From an uncultured Methanosarcinaceae archaeon (GTDB lineage Archaea > Halobacteriota > Methanosarcinia > Methanosarcinales > Methanosarcinaceae): a DNA stretch of 64,000 nt. The notes beneath the pieces are model-generated. The model ran no database searches, was not told the DNA's origin, and saw only the letters and a list, made by a program, of their open reading frames with translations. Where the stretch lies: contig CAVRJG010000052.1 in the NCBI GenBank assembly GCA_963721455.1, positions 64,001 to 128,000 on the forward strand, in the 5' to 3' direction. Below, in pieces: positions 57,709-64,000 of this stretch; the first letter of the stretch is position 1, and every line of letters starts with the position of its first letter. Made by a program: the position numbers and the translations under genes.

Positions 57709-58377
57709 TTGGGTTTACCATTCATTTTACTGAATTACAAGACTTATTTACAGGGCACAGGCCAGGGAGCAATTGAAATTGCAAAAGCCTGCAGAGCTGT
57801 GTCCGAAGAATCGGGCATCGAGATTGCAGTAGCTCCCCAGATTCCGGATATTTACAGGGTAGCCTCGGAAGTTGAACTTCCGGTCTTTTCCCAGCATCTG
57901 GATGGGATAGGGGCAGGAAGCTTTACAGGCCATATTTTCGGAAAATGCATAAAAGAAGCAGGAGCTGTCGGGACTCTGATTAACCACTCTGAAAGGCGCC
58001 TTACCCTTGCAGAGATCGAAGCGTCGCTGAAGGCTGCAAAAGAACTCGGGCTCAGGACAGTCATCTGTACTAACAATGTTCCAACGACGGCAGCAGCCGC
58101 AGCTCTCGGTCCAGAGTATGTTGCAATAGAGCCTCCGGAGCTTATAGGTAGCGGAATCCCTGTCTCAAAGGCTGACCCTGAAGTCGTTAGCGGCTCGGTT
58201 GAGGCAGTTGCAAAAATCAATCCCGGGGTAAAAGTGCTCTGCGGAGCCGGGATCTCAAAAGGTGAAGACCTCAGGGCCGCCCTTGACCTTGGCTCGCAAG
58301 GCGTACTTCTGGCATCCGGAATCGTGAAAGCTGCGGACCCCAGGGCTGCCCTGGAGGATCTTATCCGTCTGGTTTAA
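57709..58377 (+). CDS. tpiA: triosephosphate isomerase (archaeal type)
   Basis: NYKTY, INHSERR, AIEPPELIG, CGAGI, LLASG. Confidence 0.95.
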   Translation: MGLPFILLNYKTYLQGTGQGAIEIAKACRAVSEESGIEIAVAPQIPDIYRVASEVELPVFSQHLDGIGAGSFTGHIFGKCIKEAGAVGTLINHSERRLTLAEIEASLKAAKELGLRTVICTNNVPTTAAAAALGPEYVAIEPPELIGSGIPVSKADPEVVSGSVEAVAKINPGVKVLCGAGISKGEDLRAALDLGSQGVLLASGIVKAADPRAALEDLIRLV

Positions 58378-58446
58378 AGTTTCAGAAGGAAACTTTATTC
58401 CCAAAAATATGGATAGGAATAACGAAAACATCTGAGTGAATCCGGT

Positions 58447-58480
58447 AAAAAAGAATGCGGCTTTTTCAGCCGCTTTTTTA
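58447..58480. terminator. hairpin with flanking A/T runs between convergent genes
   Basis: AAAAAA...GCGGCT TTTTC AGCCGC TTTTTT. Confidence 0.45.
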
Positions 58481-58496
58481 TAATCTCTTTTTTGAA

Positions 58497-60035
58497 TTAC
58501 TGATACGCCAGGATAAGAGGCTTAACTGCTCTCGGGTCCCCGATTTCAATAAGAATTAAGGCTGTTTCATCCTTGAGTTTCTGATCTTTCGTTTTCAGAT
58601 TACCTATAAGAGGATCAACTGCCGTTTCTCCCATATCTATAAGTGCTTTTCTGGCACTAGCTACAAATTCTCTGTCTCCCAGTTTTTCTATAAGAACTCC
58701 TGCAGTTTCCTGGTCTTTGTTTTTGGTAAGAGCAAGAAAAGCCTCATTTCTAATGTCTATACTCATATTTTTGTCATCAAACACTTTTTTGAGAGTTTCT
58801 ACAGCTCTGGGATCTTCTATTTTCCTCAGAGATGAAGCTGCAGCTGTCCTGACCTCAAGCGCTTCCCCTTTATCGGTCAGTATGTCGATTAAAGTTTCCG
58901 TAGCCTCAGTGCTTCCTATTTCCCCAAGGGCGAGGACAGCGCTTTTTCGAACATCTTCGTTTGCATTCAAGGAATTCACTTTTTGTCCTTCAGAATCCTT
59001 CCCGGTTTCCAGGGTTTCTATCAGGGGGCTTACTGCGGTCTCGCTTCCTATTTCTCCGAGCGCAAGAGCTGCACTACTTCTTACCCTGACTTTCTGGTCT
59101 CTCAGTTTATCGATAAGAGAGGGTACTGAGCTTTCTCCTCCTATCTTCCCGAGGGCAATTGCAGAACTGTCCCTGACATATTCGCTGTTGCTTTCTTTCA
59201 TTTCTTTCATCAGGGGTTCTACTGCCCTTTCGTCCCCAATTTCTCCAAGGGCAATGGCTGCACTGACTTTCGCCAGAGGATAATCCCGAATCAGAATCCC
59301 GAGTATGGGGTCTACTGCAGCCTTTTCTCCCACTTTCCCAAGAGCCATCATAGCCGCGACTCTTGTGTTTCCCTTTTCGCTTTTAAGAGCTTTAAGAAGT
59401 TTTTCGGTTTCGCTTCCTGGCTCTTCAGGTCCGAAATCTGAAAGAGCAACAGAAGCGTAAATACTGGAGTTCTGTATTTCCGAGTTAAGGACTCTTTCCA
59501 GAGCATCTGTTTCTTCGTCGTATTCACTATTAATTGAGTCGGCAATGTACTTTCTCATGACTTTATCTTTTGCTTCTATAGCCTGCAGGGTATCTTCTGA
59601 GACTCCTTGCTTCCATTCTTCGGCTGTACTTTCGTTTGCAGCCTTATTTGAAGCCTCCTTTTTTCTAAAGTTTCCGGAAAGGATGTTTTCTGCTCTGTTA
59701 TCCCCGGTTTCAAGAAGCGCAAGAAGAATGTAACTGTTTGTTTTCTCCGAACTCGAAGTGTTCGACCCGATTTTTTCAACAAGAGTGTTGGCTGCAAGCT
59801 TTCCAAATTTCCCAAGTTCGGCTGCGGCGTTCAATCTCGTTTCAGGGTCACCGGTTTCCAGCTGATTTGTGAGATTTATTATCAGATCTTCGCTTGAAAC
59901 TCCAGCTTTTGTTTGGTTGTACGTTTCATTTTGACTGGCCTCAATAAACCTATCACTATTTGATAGAAGTGAAAAAACTATAGAAAGAGTAATGAGGACA
60001 AATAAAAGAGAAATTTTCCATTTAACTTCGGACAT
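58497..60035 (-). CDS. HEAT-repeat (PBS lyase-like) protein with N-terminal TM/signal segment
   Basis: repeated VR..AA.ALGEIG...AV.PLI; hydrophobic ISLLFVLITLSIVFSLL after MSEVKWK. Confidence 0.85.
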   Translation of the reverse strand: MSEVKWKISLLFVLITLSIVFSLLSNSDRFIEASQNETYNQTKAGVSSEDLIINLTNQLETGDPETRLNAAAELGKFGKLAANTLVEKIGSNTSSSEKTNSYILLALLETGDNRAENILSGNFRKKEASNKAANESTAEEWKQGVSEDTLQAIEAKDKVMRKYIADSINSEYDEETDALERVLNSEIQNSSIYASVALSDFGPEEPGSETEKLLKALKSEKGNTRVAAMMALGKVGEKAAVDPILGILIRDYPLAKVSAAIALGEIGDERAVEPLMKEMKESNSEYVRDSSAIALGKIGGESSVPSLIDKLRDQKVRVRSSAALALGEIGSETAVSPLIETLETGKDSEGQKVNSLNANEDVRKSAVLALGEIGSTEATETLIDILTDKGEALEVRTAAASSLRKIEDPRAVETLKKVFDDKNMSIDIRNEAFLALTKNKDQETAGVLIEKLGDREFVASARKALIDMGETAVDPLIGNLKTKDQKLKDETALILIEIGDPRAVKPLILAYQ

Positions 60036-60091
60036 TATACCATCTTTTTTTTTATTGTTTATATCACTTTCTCCCCTTATTAATACAGACA

Positions 60092-61558
60092 TCAAGAGCA
60101 AGATTCTTTCGATTCCTTCAGTCTCAGATTTTTCTCTCTTATCCGGCATCCGAGACCGCAAAGAAGGGCTGTAACTTCGGTTTCGACAGAATCTGCATCA
60201 CAATCCCCAAAAATTGTTATCCTATAAGTAACTCCGAGCCTTTCCACCTTTCTTTCTTTTTGGGTTTCTACCCAATTAAGTCCTCTGTAGATATCACTGA
60301 TTTCGCAGGCTGCAAGCTGTCTGGTTGTGTTTATAGCATTGAGGATAATTTCAGGGTCAGCGCCTTCCGGAATAATGACTGAAACGTCCTTGGTAGAGTG
60401 TTCAAGGTTTTCTTTTCTCCATTCCGTCAGTTCTGGTTCTGAAAGGAGGCGAAGGTTTTCAAGCTTGAGTTTTATGAATTTGTTTTTTATAGAAGGGGCA
60501 GTACCTTTTGAGACCAGTTTTGTAAGAACTATTTCATCCGGTCCCACCTTTTCCAGAGTACCGACATGGATTTTTCCGGAATAAAAATGGGAAAAGCCAC
60601 AGACTTTTCCGACGGAGTTCAGGATAGTTTCGTATTCGGCTATTCTGGAATTTATGAGTTTGTCCGATTTGCGCAGGGCATGAGCAGTATCTCCGTATTG
60701 TCGGGCAGCAGCCTTCATTTTTCTAGCAAAGCCTTCTTCGTCATGGGCCCTCACAAGACTTGAGAGTTCTTCGCATTCCCTGATGAATGCCTTATGAACC
60801 TCCAGGACGCCAGGGTTTTCCATCTGGATAAGGGCATACAGGTAAGGATTCTGGCCGAGAATCCTGCCTACGAAGTCCAGCATTATGTCGTAAACGGGGC
60901 TTACGAATTTTCTGGATTTCTTTACATCAAAGTCTAACCTGTCAATGGTCGTACCTATGCTAATATAAGCAAAATGAGTAAGTCCCTGCACAACCGAGAC
61001 AAGGCTATCGTGTTCGGCTGCAGTGGTAATTTCAACATGGGCTCCGCTCTCCTCAAAGAGTTCTCTTACTATCGGAAACCATTTTTCCGAGCGCCCCTTT
61101 ACAGGGACAAGAATGACAGTCTGCCCTCTGATAGTGCGAATTGTGGGGCCGAACATTGGATGAGTGCCCAGAATTTCCACATCCGAAGGGGCGAATTTTC
61201 TCATAGCTTCTACAGGCTTTACTTTGATGGAAGTAAAGTCCATAAGAAGGCTTCCAGCTTTCATTTTTGGAGCAATTTCTGCAATAGTCTCTTCAGTTAC
61301 ATTGATGGGTACAGAGACTATTACTATATCACTTTCCGGAACAGCTGCTTCAAGATCCGAGGCAAAAGGGACTTCCAGTTTTCTGGCAATTTCGGTTTTT
61401 CCTCCTTTTCCCCAGACTGTAACTTCGTAACCTCTTTCTTTGAAAAAACGGGTAAACCACTGTCCCATTTCTCCGGTTCCGCCCAGAATCAGAACCTTCG
61501 TTTTTCCAGGACTTCGATCCCGACGGTTTTGGTTCCGGGTTTCCAGATCCGCACTCAA
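60092..61558 (-). CDS. tyrA: prephenate dehydrogenase with C-terminal extension
   Basis: GGTGEMG, DFTSIK, HPMFGP, EHD...VVQGLTH. Confidence 0.9.
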   Translation of the reverse strand: MSADLETRNQNRRDRSPGKTKVLILGGTGEMGQWFTRFFKERGYEVTVWGKGGKTEIARKLEVPFASDLEAAVPESDIVIVSVPINVTEETIAEIAPKMKAGSLLMDFTSIKVKPVEAMRKFAPSDVEILGTHPMFGPTIRTIRGQTVILVPVKGRSEKWFPIVRELFEESGAHVEITTAAEHDSLVSVVQGLTHFAYISIGTTIDRLDFDVKKSRKFVSPVYDIMLDFVGRILGQNPYLYALIQMENPGVLEVHKAFIRECEELSSLVRAHDEEGFARKMKAAARQYGDTAHALRKSDKLINSRIAEYETILNSVGKVCGFSHFYSGKIHVGTLEKVGPDEIVLTKLVSKGTAPSIKNKFIKLKLENLRLLSEPELTEWRKENLEHSTKDVSVIIPEGADPEIILNAINTTRQLAACEISDIYRGLNWVETQKERKVERLGVTYRITIFGDCDADSVETEVTALLCGLGCRIREKNLRLKESKESCS

Positions 61559-62397
61559 GCCTGCAAAGCCTCCAGAACAGTTTTTTTCATGAGTTCCACT
61601 GGAGGTTCAATTCCTGTCCAGAGCCTGAAAGCTTCAGCTCCCTGATAAACAAGCATTAAGACCCCACTCACAGTTTTTGCGCCTGCAGCTTTTGCTTCCC
61701 TTAAGAGCCTGGTTTCCAGGGGGTTGTAGACAATGTCAAAAACAGTAAGTTCAGGGTGAAGATTTTCTGCTGTGGTAATGGCAGTGTCTGTATTCGGGTG
61801 CATCCCGAGAGTTGTGGTATTGATCAGGACATCTGCATCTTGCAGCAGGGCTTTTAATCCTGAGAGCCCTCTTCCCCTTACATTCCCCAAAATGGCTGCG
61901 GCTGAGATATCTTTTGCAAGTTCAACTGCCCTTTCTTCGGTCCGGTTTATTATTGTGATTTCAGCACCATCGGCTGCAAGCTGGAAAGCTATCGCCCTTG
62001 CTGCTCCGCCTGCCCCTGCAACTACTATCTCAGACCCCCTTATTTCCACTGCAGCCTCACGAAGCGCCTGTTTTGCCCCTAAGCCGTCGGTATTGTACCC
62101 CTTGATTTCTCCGTTTTTCCCGAAAACGACAGTATTTACAGCTCCTATCCTTTCTGCCAGTGGGTCGGGCCTGATGCAGTCGAGTTTTAAAGCTGCCTCT
62201 TTCAAGGGCACTGTCAGGTTGAGCCCTCCAAATCCCATAGCTTCAGCCCCGAGAATTGCTTTTTCCAGTTTTTCGGGCTTGACCCTGAATGCATGATAGA
62301 TGCAGTCCATTCCAAGGGCTGAAAAAGCTGCATTATGCATTGCAGGAGAAAGGGAATGACCTATGGGGTCCCCAAATACGCCAAAAACTTGCTTCAT
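61555..62397 (-). CDS. aroE: shikimate dehydrogenase
   Basis: HSLSP.MHN, NLTVPLK, GAVNT, NTDG, GAGGAARA, MLVYQG. Confidence 0.96.
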   Translation of the reverse strand: MKQVFGVFGDPIGHSLSPAMHNAAFSALGMDCIYHAFRVKPEKLEKAILGAEAMGFGGLNLTVPLKEAALKLDCIRPDPLAERIGAVNTVVFGKNGEIKGYNTDGLGAKQALREAAVEIRGSEIVVAGAGGAARAIAFQLAADGAEITIINRTEERAVELAKDISAAAILGNVRGRGLSGLKALLQDADVLINTTTLGMHPNTDTAITTAENLHPELTVFDIVYNPLETRLLREAKAAGAKTVSGVLMLVYQGAEAFRLWTGIEPPVELMKKTVLEALQA

Positions 62398-63176
62398 TCG
62401 AGCAGCTCCATTATTTTCTTTAACTTATCTACCGGAAGCTGTCCCGGAGCCGCGGAAACTGTACCTTCGACAGACGCGTATGTCAGGACTGAACCATAAA
62501 AAGGAGCAATTACCCTTGTATGTTTTCCGGCTTTGCCCATAGCGATTGTACATACGGCTCTTCCAGATTCCCTGGCATCCAGTGTAACTCTTAACAGGTC
62601 AAGCACGTCCCTCATCGAGTGCGGCATAACAGCAAGCTTGGCAATGTCTGCTCCTGCCAGAAATGCCTCTTCCAGAGTTGCTTTTATTTCCTGAAAAGAA
62701 GGAGTTTTTAAAAAATCATGGGAGGAAATGATTATAGTTTTTCCAGAGGTTCTTGCCGCTTTTACTACGCAGTCTCTCTCTCCTCTCTCTGCAGAGAGCT
62801 CGATATCTACTGCGTCTGGCCCGTCTTTAATGGAAAGGAGGGTTGTAAGAAGTCCGATTCTTTCTGCCTCTTTTCCTTCCCATTTTCCTCCTTCCTTATT
62901 GGAGCGGTTTGTGATAATTACCGGAAGTCCGGTTTCGGATTTTATTTTTCTGATTGTTTCTGTAGCCATTTCCAGATCCCTGATTCCCAGCAGGTCAAGC
63001 CGAATTTCCAGAACGTCGGCTCCCATTTCGGCTGCTTTTTTTGATGTTTCAAGGGGTTTTTCAAGGATTACTGCAACAACTGCAGCTTTTTCTTCAAGGT
63101 CAAGCGGGCCAATATGAATCATTGCTTTCTCCGGGTTTCCGTTTCCGCTGACAATTATTTCTCTTTTACAGGTCAC
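62394..63176 (-). CDS. aroD: type I 3-dehydroquinate dehydratase
   Basis: EIRLD, TNR...EGG, SSHDF, IAKLA, AMG..G..TR, APGQ. Confidence 0.93.
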   Translation of the reverse strand: MTCKREIIVSGNGNPEKAMIHIGPLDLEEKAAVVAVILEKPLETSKKAAEMGADVLEIRLDLLGIRDLEMATETIRKIKSETGLPVIITNRSNKEGGKWEGKEAERIGLLTTLLSIKDGPDAVDIELSAERGERDCVVKAARTSGKTIIISSHDFLKTPSFQEIKATLEEAFLAGADIAKLAVMPHSMRDVLDLLRVTLDARESGRAVCTIAMGKAGKHTRVIAPFYGSVLTYASVEGTVSAAPGQLPVDKLKKIMELLE

Positions 63177-64000
63177 TTTTCTATAATCGTTTCTTCGATC
63201 TTTTTCCCGAAATGCCTGGCTCCCTCTTCCAGGCGAACCAGAACTTCATCGCCTTTCTTGAGTTTGGCAACCGAGATGGGATTTCCGTCTTTTCCAACCA
63301 GCTTGATAGTTTCTGCATTTTGCAGGATGGCGCTCAAAGTCCTGTCTCCTGCTTTTGCTTCAATAAGCATGAGAGGGCGGCTTTCTATCTTGACCCTGCC
63401 AACAATGCCTTCTCGCTGTTTTCCTTTTGAATCTACGATAGTTACCGTATCTCCGGTCTGGAGTTCCGAGAGGTAGCGGGTTTTGTCTCCGATTTTGATA
63501 TAAGAGTGAACTGCGCCCGCATTTACCCTGAACGGGCGGGCTGCAACATAAGGGCTGTCATCGGATTCGGAATTTACCAGGAACATTCCGCTTGCCTGAG
63601 AGCCTATGAGCATGCCTTCTCCCCTTTGCATGAGGTTGCATGTGTCCACACAGACTCGGTCTCCCATTCCAAGAGGTTCGACCCGGGTTACGACTGCAGA
63701 CTCAAGTTCGGCGCTTTCGTTTTCCAGCTCCCTTGCGGCCTGAATCGTGTCTTTTATTTCCTGGGGATTCCCGCTGTCCAGAAGCACTCCATCTGCTCCG
63801 GTTTCAAGAGTCTGGAAAGCCAGTCTTGCTTCTTCTGCACTCTTCACCCCAAAAATGATCTTCACTTTATAACGCTGAAGCTCGGCTATCAGGTTCTCTA
63901 GAGGGATAACCTTCCAATCCGTGCCTGTTACAAGCAGGAAATCGCAGACCTTTCCCATTTCGGCTGCAAAATGCTCGTAGCGTTTGTCTCTTATTACGAC
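63173..64000 (-). CDS. aroB': 3-dehydroquinate synthase II (5' end outside window)
   Basis: IPLENLIA, GDRVCVDTC, RPFRVNAGAVHSY, KIESRPL, LQNAETI, ARHFG. Confidence 0.94.
   Translation of the reverse strand, partial: VVIRDKRYEHFAAEMGKVCDFLLVTGTDWKVIPLENLIAELQRYKVKIIFGVKSAEEARLAFQTLETGADGVLLDSGNPQEIKDTIQAARELENESAELESAVVTRVEPLGMGDRVCVDTCNLMQRGEGMLIGSQASGMFLVNSESDDSPYVAARPFRVNAGAVHSYIKIGDKTRYLSELQTGDTVTIVDSKGKQREGIVGRVKIESRPLMLIEAKAGDRTLSAILQNAETIKLVGKDGNPISVAKLKKGDEVLVRLEEGARHFGKKIEETIIEK

Overview
Core chromosomal region of a Methanosarcina-type methanogenic archaeon (16S sequence, ftr, mfnA, fae-hps, aroB', arcS). It contains the likely replication origin: inverted ORB boxes flank an AT-rich unwinding element upstream of cdc6/orc1, and an IS256-family element (8-bp TSD, frameshifted transposase) sits inside that intergenic region. 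Next come an RNA ligase / SelB-like / GGCT group, five tandem CBS-domain genes, RPA, kptA, rtcA, dnaG, arcS, a GlcD/GlcF-like pair, a 16S-23S-5S operon with no spacer tRNA, a broken membrane-anchored ATPase-TPR (STAND-like) gene, two identical tRNA-Cys genes and aromatic amino acid genes. The most unusual signal is a second, cdc6-less cluster of full ORB boxes about 17 kb from the origin core, between RPA and the CBS cluster, plus ORB-like boxes inside rtcA and aroE. This suggests a satellite origin or an initiator titration/regulatory system. All calls were made by eye from sequence and motifs; no searches were run.
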